NCBI GenBank assembly: GCA_964016885.1
Contig: OZ024741.1
Coordinates: 399,590,001-399,654,000 of the forward strand
Source: Eledone cirrhosa
Lineage: Eukaryota
Length of the DNA stretch: 64,000 nucleotides
Direction: 5' to 3'
Below are positions 26,001-41,272 of this stretch, piece by piece. The notes beneath the pieces were generated by a model that saw only the letters and a program-made list of their open reading frames with translations, made no database searches and was not told where the DNA came from. How positions within the stretch are numbered: position 1 is the first letter of the stretch; every line of letters starts with the position of its first letter. A program made the translations under genes and the position numbers.

Positions 26001-27960
26001 ACAGCACCAGTGACGTTATATATAATATAGGGACAGATAACAGCTCCAGTAGTGGTATATATAATATAGGGACAGATAAATGCTCCAGTGACGTTATATA
26101 TAATATAGGGACAGATAACAGCTCCAGTGACGGTATATATACTATAGAGACAGATAACAGCTCCAGTGACGGTATATATAATATAGAAACAGATAACACC
26201 TCCAGTAGGGGCATATATAATATAGAGACAGATAACAACTCCAGTAACAGTATATATAATATAGGGACAGATAACAGCTCCAGTGACGGTATATATAATA
26301 TATGGACAGATAACAGCTCCAGTGACGGTATATATAATATAGGGACAGATAACAGCTCCAGTAGGGTATATATATAATATAGGGACAGATAACAGCTCCA
26401 GTAGGGGTATATATAATATAGGGACAGATAACAGCTGCAGTGTCGTTATATATAATATAGTGACAGATAAAAGCTCCAGTGACCGTATATATAATATAGA
26501 GACAGATAACAGCTCCAGTTACGTTATATATAATATAGGGACAGATAACAGCTCCAGTGACTGTATATATAATATAGGGACAGATAACAGCTCCAGTGAC
26601 GGTATATATAATATAGAGAGAGATAACAGCTCCAGTGACGGTATATATAATATAGGGACAGATAACAGCTCCAGTGACGGTATATATAATATAGAGTCAG
26701 ATAACAGCTCCAGTGACGGTATATATAATATAGAGACAGATAACAGCTCCAGTTACGGTATATATAATATAGAGACAGATAACAACTCCAGTAGGTGTAT
26801 ATATAATATATGGTCAGATAACCGGTCTAGTGACGGCATATATAATATAGAGACAGATAACAGCTCCAGTGACGGTATATATAATATAGGGACAGATAAC
26901 ACCTCCTGTGACGGTATATACAATATACGGACAGATAACAGTTCCAGTGAGCTTATATATAATACAGCATCAGATAACAACTCCAGTGACGGTATATATA
27001 ATATAGGGACAGATAACACCTCCAGTGACGGTATATATAATATATGGACAGATAAGACCTCCATTGACGGTATATATAATATAGGGACACATAAAAGCAC
27101 CAGTAGGGTATATATAATATAGGGAAAGATAAGAGCTCCAGTGATGGTATATATAATATAGGGACAGATAATAGCTGCAGTAACGGTATATATAATATAG
27201 GGACAGAAAACATCTCCAGTGACGGTATATATAATATAGGGACAGATAACAGCTCCAGTGACGGTATATATAATATAGGGACAGATAACATCTCCAGTGT
27301 CGGTATATATAATATAGGGACAGAGAAGAGCTCCAGTGATGGTATATATAATATAGGGTCAGATAACAGCTCCAGTAATGGTATATTTGAGATAGGGACA
27401 GATAACAGCTCTAGTGACGGTATATATAATATAGGGACAGATAACAGCTCCAGTAGGGGTATATATAATTAAGGCACAAATAACACCTCCTGTGACTGTA
27501 TATATAATATACGGACAGATGACAGTTCGAGTGAGCTTATATATAATATAGGGACAGATAGCAGCTCCATTTACGGTATATATAATATAGAGACAGATAA
27601 CAGCTCCAGTGACGGTATAAATAATATAGGGACAGATAACACCTCCAGTGACGGTATATATAATACAGGATCAGATAACAACTCCAGTGGCGGTATATAT
27701 AATATAGGGACAGATAACACCTCCATTGACGGTATATATAATATAGGGACAGATAAAAGCACCAGTAGGGTATATATAATATAGGGAAAGATAAGAGATC
27801 CAGTGATGGTATATATAATATAGGGACAGATAACAGCTTTAGTGGCGGTATATATACTATATAGACAGATAACAGCTCCAGTGACGTTATGTATAATATA
27901 GGGACAGATAACAGATCCAGTATGGGTATATATATTATAGGGGCAGATAACAGCTCCAGT
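20010..27960 (+). repeat. Higher-order tandem duplication, unit about 4.3-4.4 kb
   Basis: Offsets 4356, 4395 (20647/25042), 4403 (CGGTCGTCTATATAGG at 21418/25821), 4286 (22174/26460) and 3662 (23909/27571). Confidence 0.9.
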
Positions 27961-30900
27961 GAGAGTATATATAATATAGGGACAGATAACAGCTGCAGTG
28001 ACGGTATATATAATATAGGGATAGAGAACAGCTCCAGTGACGGTATATATAATATAGGGACAGATAACAGTTCCAGTAGGAGTATATATAATATAGGGAT
28101 AGATAACACCTCCAGTGACGGTATATATAATATAGGGACAGATAACAGCTCCAGTGACGGTATATATAATATAGGGACAGATAACAGCTCCAGTGACGGT
28201 ATATATAATATAGGGACAGATAACAGTTCCAGTAGGAGTATATATAATATAGGGATAGATAACACCTCCAGTGACGGTATATATAATATAGGGACAGACA
28301 ACAGCTCTATTGACGGTATATATACTATAGAGACATATAACAGCTCCAGTAGGGGTATATATAATATAGGGACAGATAACAGCTCCAATAGGGGTATATA
28401 TAATATAGGGACAGATAACAGCTCCAGTGACGGTATATATAATATAGGGACAGATAACAGCTCCAGTGACGGTATATATAATATAGAGACAGATAACAGC
28501 TCCAGTTACGGTATATATAATATAGAGACAGATAACAGCTCCAGTAGGGGTATATATAATATAGGGTCAGATAACAGGTCTAGTGACGGCATATATAATA
28601 TAGAGACAGATAACAGCTCCAGTGACTGTATATATAATATACGGACAGATAACAGTTCGAGTGAGCTTATATATAATATAGGGACAGATAACAGCTCCAC
28701 TGACGGTATATATAATATAGAGACAGATAACAGCTCCAGTGACGGTATAAATAATATAGGGACAGATAACACTTCCAGTGACGGTATATATAATACAGGA
28801 TCAGATAACAACTCCAGTGGCGGTATATATAAAATAGGGACAGATAACACGTCCATTGACGGTATATATCATATAGGGACAGATAAAAAAACAAGTAGGG
28901 TATATATAATATAGGGAAAGATAAGAGATCCAGTGCTGGTATATATAATATAGGGACAGATAACAGCTTTAGTGGCGGTATATATACTATATAGACAGAT
29001 AACAGCTCCAGTGACGTTATGTATAATATAGGGACAGATAACAGCTCCAGTATGGGTATATATATTATAGGGGCAGATAACAGCTCCAGTGACGGTATAT
29101 ATAATATAGAGACAGATAACAGCTCCAGTTACGGTATATATAATATAGAGACAGATAACAGCTCCAGTAGGGGTATATATAATATAGGGTCAGATAACAG
29201 GTCTAGTGACGGCATATATAATATAGAGACAGATAACAGCTCCAGTGACGGTATATATAATATAGGGACAGATAAAAGCTCCAGTAGGGGTATATATAAT
29301 ATAGGGACAGATAACAGCTCCAGCGGGGGTATATATAATATAGGGACAGATAACAGCTCCAGTGACGGTATATATAATATAGGGACAGATAACAGCTCCA
29401 GTGACGGTATATATAATATAGGGACAGATAAAAGCTCCAGTGACGGTATATATAATATAGAGTCAGATAACAGCTCCAGTGACGGTATATATAATATAGA
29501 GACAGATAACAGCTCCGGTTACGGTATATATAATATAGAGACAGATAACAGCTCCAGTAGGGGTATATATAATATAGGGTCAGATAACAGGTCTAGTGAC
29601 GGCATATATAATATAGAGACAGATAACGGCTCCAGTGACGGTATATATAATATAGGGACAGATAACACCTCCAGTGACGGTATATATAATATACGGACAG
29701 ATAACAGTTCCAGTGAGCTTATATATAATACAGGATCAGATAACAACTCCAGTGACGGTATATATAATATAGGGACAGATAACACCTCCAGTGACGGTAT
29801 ATATAATATAGGGACAGATAACACCTCCATTGACGGTATATATAATATAGGGACACATAAAAGCACCAGTAGGGTATATATAATATAGGGACAGATAACA
29901 GCTTTAGTGACGGTATATATACTATAGAGACAGATAACAGCTCCAGTGACGTTATGTATAATATAGGAACAGATAACAGCTCCAGTATGGGTATATATAT
30001 TATAGGGGCAGATAACAGCTCCAGTGAGAGTATATATAATATAGGGACAGATAACAGCTCCAGTGACGGTATATATCATATAGGGACAGATAATAGCTGC
30101 AGTAACGGTATATATAATATAGGGACAGAAAACATCTCCAGTGACGGTATATATAATATAGGGACAGATAACAGCTCCAGTGACGGTATATATAATATAG
30201 GGACAGATAACAGCTCCAGTGACGGTATATATAATATAGGGAGAGAGAACAGCTCCAGTGACGGTATATATAATATAGGGACAGATAACAGTTCCAGTAG
30301 GAGTATATATAATATAGGGATAGATAACACCTCCAGTGTCGGTATATATAATATAGGGACAGACAACAGCTCTATTGACGGTATATATACTATAGAGACA
30401 TATAACAGCTCCAGTAGGGGTATATATAATATAGGGACAGATAACAGCTCCAGTAGGGGTATATATATTATAGCGACAGATAACAGCTCCAGTGACGGTA
30501 TATATAATATAGGGACAGATAACACCTCCATGACGGTATATATAATAAAGGGACTGATAACAGCTCCAGTAGGGGTATATATAATATAGAGACAGATAAC
30601 ACCTCGAGTGACGTTATATATAATATAGGGACAGATAACATCTCCAGTGTCGGTATATATAATATAGGGACAGAGAAGAGCTCCAGTGATGGTATATATA
30701 ATATAGGGTCAGATAACAGCTCCAGTAATGGATTATTTGAGATAGGGACAGATAACAGCTCTAGTGACGGTATATATAATATAGGGACAGATAACAGCTC
30801 CAGTAGGGGTATATATAATTAAGGCACAAATAACACCTCCTGTGACTGTATATATAATATACGGACAGATAACAGTTCGAGTGAGCTTATATATAATATA

Positions 30901-33900
30901 GGGACAGATAACAGCTCCACTGACGGTATATATAATATAGAGACAGATAACAGCTCCAGTGACGGTATAAATAATATAGGGACAGGTAACAGTTCCAGTG
31001 ACGTAATATATAATACAGGATCAGATAACAACTCCAGTGGCGGTATATATAATATAGGGACAGATAACACCTCCATTGACGGTATATATAATATAGGGAC
31101 AGATAAAAGCACCAGTAGGGTATATATAATATAGGGAAAGATAAGAGATCCAGTGATGGTATATATAATATAGGGACAGATAACAGCTTTAGTGGCGGTA
31201 TATATACTATATAGACAGATAACAGCTCCAGTGACGTTATGTATAATATAGGGACAGATAACAGCTCCAGTATGGGTATATATATTATAGGGGCAGAAAA
31301 CAGCTCCAGTGAGAGTATATATAATATAGGGACAGATAACCGCTCCAGTGACGGTATATATAATATAGGGATAGAGAACAGCTCCAGTGACGGTATATAT
31401 AATATAGGGACAGATAACAGTTCCAGTAGGAGTATATATAATATAGGGATAGATAACACCTCCAGTGACGGTATATATAATATAGGCACAGATAACAGCT
31501 CCAGTGACGGTATATATAATATAGGGACAGATAACAGCTCCAGTGACGGTATATATAATATAGGGACAGATAACAGTTCCAGTAGGAGTATATATAATAT
31601 AGGGATAGATAACACCTCCAGTGACGGTATATATAATATAGGGACAGACAACAGCTCTATTGACGGTATATATACTATAGATACATATAACAGCTCCAGT
31701 AGGGGTATATATAATATAGGGACAGATAACAGCTCCAGTAGGTGTATATATATTATAGCGACAGATAACAGCTCCAGTGACGGTATATATAATATAGGGA
31801 CAGATAACAGCTCCACTGACGGTATATATAATATACAGACAGATAACAGCTCCAGTGACGGTATAAATAATATAGGGACAGATAACACCTCCAGTGACGG
31901 TATATATAATACAGGATCAGATAACAACTCCAGTGACGGTATATATAATATAGGGACAGATAACACCTCCAGTGACGGTATATATAATATAGGGACAGAT
32001 AACACCTCCATTGACGGTATATATAATATAGGGACAGATAAAAGCACCAGTAGAGTATATATAATATATGGAAAGATAACAGCTCCAGTGACGGTATATA
32101 TAATATAGGGACAGATAACAGCTCCAGTGATGGTATATATAATATAGGGACAGATAACAGTTCCAGTAGGAGTATATATAATATAGGGATAGATAACACC
32201 TCCAGTGACGGTATATATAATATAGGGACAGACAACAGCTCTATTGACGGTATATATACTATAGAGACATATAACAGCTCCAGTAGGGGTATATATAATA
32301 TAGGGACAGATAACAGCTCCAGTAGTGGTATATATATTATAGCGACAGATAACAGCTCCAGTGACGGTATATATAATATAGGGACAGATAACACCTCCAT
32401 GACGGTATATATAATTAAGGGACTGATAACAGCTCCAGTAGGGTTATATATAATATAGAGACAGATAACACCTCGAGTGACGTTATGTATAATATAGGGA
32501 CAGATAACAGCTCCAGTATGGGTATATATATTATAGGGGCAGATAACAGCTCCAGTGAGAGTATATATAATATAGGGTCAGATAACAGCTCCAGTGACGG
32601 TATATATAATATAGCGATAGAGAACAGCTCCAGTGACGGTATATATAATATAGGGACAGATAACAGTTCCAGTAGGAGTATATATATTATAGCGACAGAT
32701 AACAGCTCCAGTGACGGTATATATAATATAGGGACAGATAACACCTCCATGACGGTATATATAATTAAGGGACTGATAACAGCTCCAGTAGGGTTATATA
32801 TACTATAGAGACAGATAACAGCTCCAGTGACGTTATGTATAATATAGGGACAGATAACAGCTCCAGTATGGGTATATATATTATAGGCGCAGATAACAGC
32901 TCCAGTGAGAGTATATATAATATAGGGTCAGATAACAGCTCCAGTGACGGTATATATAATATAGCGATAGAGAACAGCTCCGGTGACGGTATATATAATA
33001 TAGGGACAGATAACAGTTCCAGTAGGAGTATATATAATATAGGGATAGATAGCACCTCCAGTGACGGTATATATAATATAGGGACAGATAACATCTCCAG
33101 TGACGGTATATATAATATAGGGACAGATAACAGCTCCAGTAGGGGTATATATAATATAGGGACAGATAACAGCTCCAGTAGGGGTATATATAATATAGGG
33201 ACAGATAACAGCTCCAGTAAGGGTATATATATTATAGCGACAGATAACAGCTCCAGTGACGGTATATATAATATAGGGACAGATAACACCTCCATGACGG
33301 TATATATAATAAAGGGACTGATAACAGCTCCAGTAGGGGTATATATAATATAGAGACAGATAACACCTCGAGTGACGTTATATATAATATAGGGACAGAT
33401 AACATCTCCAGTGTCGGTATATATAATATTGGGACAGAGAACCGCTCCAGTGATGGTATATATAATATAGGGTCAGATAACGACTCCAGTAACGGTATAT
33501 TTGAGATAGGGACAGATAACAGCTCTAGTGACGGTATATATAATATAGGGACAGATAACAGCTCCAGTAGGGGTATATAAAATTAAGGCACAAATAACAC
33601 CTCCTGTGACGGTATATATAATATACGGACAGATAACAGTTCGAGTGAGCTTATATATAATATAGGGACAGATAACAGCTCCACTGACGCTATATATAAT
33701 ATAGAGACAGATAACAGCTCCAGTGACGGTATAAATAATATAGGGACAGATAACACCTCCAGTGACGGTATATATAATACAGGATCAGATAACAACTCCA
33801 GTGACGGTATATATAATATAGGGACAGATAACACCTCCATTGACGGTATATATAATATAGGGACAGATAAAAGCACCAGTAGGGTATATATAATATAGGG

Positions 33901-36900
33901 AAAGATAAGAGATCCAGTGATGCTATATATAATATAGGGACAGATAACAGCTTTAGTGGCGGTATATATACTATACAGACAGATAACAGCTCCAGTGACG
34001 TTATGTATAATATAGGGACAGATAACAGCTCCAGTATGGGTATATATATTATAGGGGCAGATAACAGCTCCAGTGAGAGTATATATAATATAGGGACAGA
34101 TAACAGCTCCAGTGACGGTATATATAATATAGCGATAGAGAACAGCTCCAGTGACGGTATATATAATATAGGGACAGATAACAGTTCCAGTAGGAGTATA
34201 TATAATATAGGGATAGATAGCACCTCCAGTGACGGTATATATAATATAGGGACAGATAACATCTCCAGTGACGGTATATATAATATAGGGACAGATAACA
34301 GCTCCAGTAGGGGTATATAAAATATAGGGACAGATAACAGCTCCAGTAGGGGTATATATATTATAGCGACAGATAACAGCTCCAGTGACGGTATATATAA
34401 TATAGGGACAGATAACAGCTCCAGTGACGGTATATATAATATAGGGACAGATAACACCTCCATGACGGTATATATAATAAAGGGACTGATAACAGCTCCA
34501 GTAGGGGTATATATAATATAGAGACAGATAACACCTCGAGGGATGTTATATATAATATAAGGACAGATAACATCTCCAGTGTCGGTATATATTATATAGG
34601 GACAGAGAACAACTCCAGTGATGGTATATAATATATAGGCTCAGATAACAGCTCCAGTAACGGTATATTTGAGATAGGGACAGATAACAGCTCTAGTGAC
34701 GGTATATATAATTAAGGCACAAATAACACCTCCAGTGACGGTATATATAATATACGGACAGATAACAGTTCCAGTGACGTTATATATAATATAGGGACAG
34801 ATAACCCCTGCAGTGACGGTATATATAATATAGAGACAGATAAAAGCTCCAGTAGGGGTATATATAATATAGGGAAAGATAAGGGCTCCAGTGATGGTAT
34901 ATATAATATAGATTCTTATAACAGCTCCAGTAGGGGTATATATAATATAGGGACAGATAACAGCTCCAGTAGGGGTATATATATTATAGGGACAGATAAC
35001 AGCTCCAGTGATGGTATATATAATATAGGGACAGATAACACCTCCATGACGTTATATATAATATAGGGACAGATAACAGCTCCAGTAGGGTTATATATAC
35101 TATAGAGACAGATAACAGCTCCAGTGACGGTATATATAATATAGGGACAGAGAACAGCACCAGTGACGGTATATATAATATAGGGACAGATAACAGCTCC
35201 ATTAACGGTATATATAATATAGGGTCAGATAACAGATCCAGTGACGGTATATATATAATACAGACAGATAACAGCTCCAGTGACGGTATATATAATACAG
35301 GGTCAGATGCCAACTCCAGTGACGGTATATATAATATATAGACAGATAACACCTCCAGTGACGGTATATATAATATAGGGACAGATAAACGCTCAAGCAG
35401 GGGTATATATAATATAAGGAAAGACAAGAGGTCCAGTGACGGTATATATAATATAGGGACATATAACAGCTTTAGTGACGGTATATATACTATAGAGACA
35501 GATAACAGCTCCAGTGACGTTATATATAATATAGGGACAGATAATAGCTCCAGTATGGGTAAATATAATATAGGGGCAGATAACAGCTCCAGTGAGAGTA
35601 TATATAATATAGGGACAGATGACAGCTCCAGTGTCGGTATATATAATATGGGGACAGATAACAGCACTACTAGGTGTATATATAATATAGGGACAGATAA
35701 CAGCTCCAGTAGGGGTGTATATAATATAGGGACAGATAACAGCTCCTTTAACGGCATATATAATATAGGTGCAGATACCAGTTCCAGTGACGGTATATAT
35801 AATATAGGGACAGATAACACCTCCAGTGACGGTATATATAATTTAGGGACAGATAACAGCTACAGTAGGGGTATATATAATATAGGGACAGATAACAGCT
35901 TCAGTGACAGTATATATAATATAGGGACAGATAAAACCTCCAGTGACGGTATATATAATATAGGGACAGATAACAGCTCCAGTATGGGTATATATAATAT
36001 AGGGACATATAACAGCTTCAGTGACTGTATATATAATATAGGGACAGATAACACCTCCATTGACGGCATATATGATATAGCGACAGATAACAGCTACAGT
36101 GACGTTATATATAATATAGGGACATATAACAGCTCCAGTATGGGTATATATGATATAGGGACAGATAACAACTCCAGTAGGGGTATATATAATATAGGGA
36201 CAGATAACAGCTCCAGTGACGGTATATATAATATAGGGATAGATAACAGCCCCATATGTCTTTATATAATATAGGGACGGATAACAGCTCCAGTATGGGT
36301 ATATATAATATAGGGACATATAACAGCTTCAGTGACTGTATATATAATATAGGGACAGATAAAACCTCCAGCGACGGTATATATAATATAGGGACAGATA
36401 ATACCTCCGGTGACGGTATATATTATATAGCGACAGATAACAGCTCCAGTAGGGTATATATATATAATATAGGGACAAATAACAGCTCCAGTGACGTTAT
36501 ATATAATATAGCGACAGATAACAGCTCCAGTGACGGTATATATAATATAGAGACGGATAACAACTCCAATATGGGTATATATAATATAGGGACAGATAAC
36601 AGCTCCAGTGACGGTATATACAATATAGGGACAGATAACAGCTCCAGTAGGGGTATATACAATATAGGGACAAATAACAGCTCCAGTAGTTGTATATATA
36701 TAATAGGGACAGATAACAGTTCCAGTGAGGGTATATATAATATAGGGACAGATAACAGCTCCAGTGACGGTATATATTCTATAGGGACAGATAACAGCTC
36801 CAGTAGGGGTATATATATAATAGGGACAGATAACAGTTCCAGTGAGGGTATATATAATATAGGGACAGATAACAGCTCCAGTGACGGTATATATTCTATA

Positions 36901-37175
36901 GGGACAGATAACAGCTCCAGTAGGGGTATATATAATAGAGAGACAGATAACAGCTGCAGTAGGGGTATATATAATATAGGGACAGATAACAGCTCCATTG
37001 ACGGTATATATAATGTAGGGATAGATAACACCTCCAGTGAAGGTATATATAATATAGAGACAGATAACAGCTCCAGTAGGGGTATATATAATATAGAGAC
37101 AGATAACAGCTCCAGAGACGTTATACATAATATAGGGACAGATAACACCTCCAGTGACGGTATATATAATATAGC

Positions 37176-40100
37176 AACAGATAACAGCTCAAGTGACGGT
37201 ATATATAATATAGGGATAGATAACAGCCCCATATGTCTTTATATAATATAGGGACAGATAACAGCTCCAGTGACGGTCTATATAATATAGGGACAGATAA
37301 CAACTCCAGTGACGGTATATATACTATAGAGACAGATAACAGCTCCAGTGACGGTATATATACTAAAGGAACAGATAATATCTCCAGTTCCGGTATATAT
37401 AATATAGGCACAGATAACAGCTCCAGTGGCGGTCTATATAATATAGAGACAGATAACAGCTCCAGTGACGGTATATATACTATAGAGACAGATAACAGCT
37501 CCAGTGACGGTATATATATTATAGGAACAGATAATATCTCCAGTTCCGGTATATATAATATAGGGCCAGATAACTGCTCCAGTGACGGTATATATAATAT
37601 AGGGCCAGATAACTGCTCCAGTGACGGTATATATAATATAGGGCCAGATAACTGCTCCAGTGACGGTATATATAATATAGGGACAGATAACAGCTCCACT
37701 GACAATATATATAATATAGGGACAGATAACAGCCCCATAGGGGTATATATAATATAGGGACAGTTAACAGCTCCAGTAGGGGTATATATAATAAAGGGAT
37801 AGATAACAGCTCCATATGGGTATATATAATATAGGGACAGATAAGAGCTCCAGTGACGTTATATATAATATAGGGACAGATAACAGCTATAGTAGGGGTA
37901 TATATAATATAGGGACAGATAATAGCTTCTGTAGGTTTTATATATAATATATGGACAGATAACAGCTCCAGCGACGGTATATATAATATAGAGACAGATA
38001 ACAGCTCCAGAGACGGTATATTTAATATAGGGACGGATAAAAGCTCCAGTAGGTGTATATATAATATAGGGACAGATAACAGCTCCAGTAGGGGTATATA
38101 TAATATAGGGACGGATAACAGCTCCAGTGACGGTATATATAATATAGGGACAGATAAAAGCTCCAGTAGGGGTATATATAATATAGGGACGGATAACAGC
38201 TCCAGGAGGGGTATATATAATATAGAGACAGATAACAGCTCCAGTAGGGGTATATATAATATAGGGACAGATAACAACTCCAGTGACAGTATATATAATA
38301 TAGGGACAGATAAAAGCTCCAGTAGGTGTATATATAATATAGGGACAGATAACAGCTCCAGCGGGGGTATATATAATATAGGGACAGATAACAGCTCCAG
38401 TGACGCTATATATAATATTGGGACAGATAACAGCTCCAGTGACGGTATATATAATATAGGGACAGGTAACACCTCCAGTGACGGTATATATAACATAGTG
38501 ACAGATAACAGATCAAGTGACGGTATATATAATATAGGGACAGATAAGAGCTCCAGTAGGGGTATATATAATACAGGGACAGATAACAGCTCCAGCAGGG
38601 GTATATATAATATAGGGACAGATAACAGCTCAATTGACGGTATATATAATATAGCGACAGATAACAGCTCCAGTAGGGGTATATATAATATTGGGACAGA
38701 TAACTGCTCCATGACGGTATATATAATATAGGGACAGATAACAGCTCCAGTGACGGTATATATAATATAGGGACAGATAAAAGCTCCAGTGAAGGTATTT
38801 ATAATATAGGGACCGCTAACAGCTCCAGTAGGGGTATATATTATATAGGGACAGAAAAAAGCTCCAGTGACGGCATATATAGTATAGTGACAGATAACCG
38901 CTCCAGTGACGGTATATATAATATAGGGACAGATAACAACTCCAGTGACGGTATATATAATATAGGGACAGATAACAGCTCCAGTAACGATTTACATAAT
39001 ATAGAGACAGATAACAGCTCCAGTGACGGTATATATACTATACAGGCATATAACAGCTCCATTGACGGTGTATATTATAAAGGGACAGATAACAGCTCCA
39101 GTAGGGGTATATATAATAGAGAGACAGATAACAGCTCAAGTGACGGTATATATAATATAGGGATAGATAACAGCCCCATATGTCTTTATATAATATAGGG
39201 ACAGATAACAGCTCCAGTGACGGTCTATATAATATAGGGACAGATAACAACTCCAGTGACGGTATATATACTATAGAGACAGATAACAGCTCCAGTGACG
39301 GTATATATATTAAAGGAACAGATAATATCTCCAGTTCCGGTATATATAGTATAGGCACAGATAACAGCTCCAGTGGCGGTCTATATAATATAGAGACAGA
39401 TAACAGCTCCAGTGACGGTATATATACTATAGAGACAGATAACAGCTCCAGTGACGGTATATATATTATAGGAACAGATAATATCTCCAGTTCCGGTATA
39501 TATAATATAGGGCCAGATAACTGCTCCAGTGACGGTATATATAATATAGGGCCAGATAACTGCTCCAGTGACGGTATATATAATATAGGGCCAGATAACC
39601 GCTCCAGTGACGGTATATATAATATAGGGACAGATAACAGCTCCACTGACAATATATATAATATAGGGACAGATAACAGCCCCATGGGGGTATATATAAT
39701 ATAGGGACAGTTAACAGCTCCAGTAGGGGTATATATAATAAAGGGATAGATAACAGCTCCATATGGGTATATATAATATAGGGACAGATAAGAGCTCCAG
39801 TGACGTTATATATAATATAGGGACAGATAACAGCTATATTAGGGGTATATATAATATAGGGACAGATAATAGCTTCTGTAGGTTTTATATATAATATATG
39901 GACAGATAACAGCTCCAGCGACGGTATATATAATATAGAGACAGATAACAGCTCCAGTGACGGTATATATAATATAGGGACAGATAACAGCTCCAGTAGG
40001 GGTATATATAAGATAGGGACAGATAACAGCTCCAGTGACGGTATCTATAATGTAGGGACAGATAATGGCTCCAATAGGGGTATATATAATATAGGGACAG

Positions 40101-41272
40101 ATAACAGCTCCAGAGACGGTATATTTAATATCGGGACGGATAAAAGCTCCAGTAGGTGTATATATAATATAGGGACAGATAACAGCTCCAGTAGGGGTAT
40201 ATATAATATAGGGACGGATAACAGCTCCAGTGACGGTATATATAATATAGGGACAGATAAAAGCTCCAGTAGGGGTATATATAATATAGGGACATATAAC
40301 CACTGCAGTAGGGGTATATATAATATAGGGACGGATAACAGCTCCAGGAGGGGTATATATAATATAGGGACAGATAACAGCTCCAGTAGGGGTATATATA
40401 ATATAGGGACAGATAACAGCTCCAGTGACAGTATATATAATATAGGGACAGATAAAAGCTCCAGTAGGTGTATATATAATATAGGGACAGATAACAGCTC
40501 CAGCGGGGGTATATATAATATAGGGACAGATAACAGCTCCAGTGACGCTATATATAATATTGGGACAGATAACAGCTCCAGTGACGGTATATATAATATA
40601 GGGACAGGTAACACCTCCAGTGACGGTATATATAACATAGTGACAGATAACAGATCAAGTGACGGTATATATAATATAGGGACAGATAAGAGCTCCAGTA
40701 GGGGTATATATAATACAGGGACAGATAACAGCTCCAGCAGGGGTATATATAATATAGGGACAGATAACAGCTCAATTGACGGTATATATAATATAGCGAC
40801 AGATAACAGCTCCAGTAGGGGTATATATAATATTGGGACAGATAACTGCTCCATGACGGTATATATAATATAGGGACAGATAACAGCTCCAGTGACGGTA
40901 TATATAATATAGGGACAGATAAAAGCTCCAGTGAAGGTATTTATAATATAGGGACCGCTAACAGCTCCAGTATGGGTATATATTATATAGGGACAGAAAA
41001 AAGCTCCAGTGACGGCATATATAGTATAGTGACAGATAACCGCTCCAGTGACGGTATATATAATATAGGGACAGATAACAACTCCAGTGACGGTATATAT
41101 AATATAGGGACAGATAACAGCTCCAGTAACGATTTATATAATATAGAGACAGATAACAGCTCCAGTGACGGTATATATACTATACAGGCATATAACAGCT
41201 CCATTGACGGTGTATATTATAAAGGGACAGATAACAGCTCCAGTAGGGGTATATATAATAGAGAGACAGATA
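37176..41272 (+). repeat. Higher-order tandem duplication, unit about 1.95-2.14 kb
   Basis: Offsets 1947 (37233/39180) then 2142 (38406/40548, 38841/40983); the difference is 195 = 5 monomers. Confidence 0.9.
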
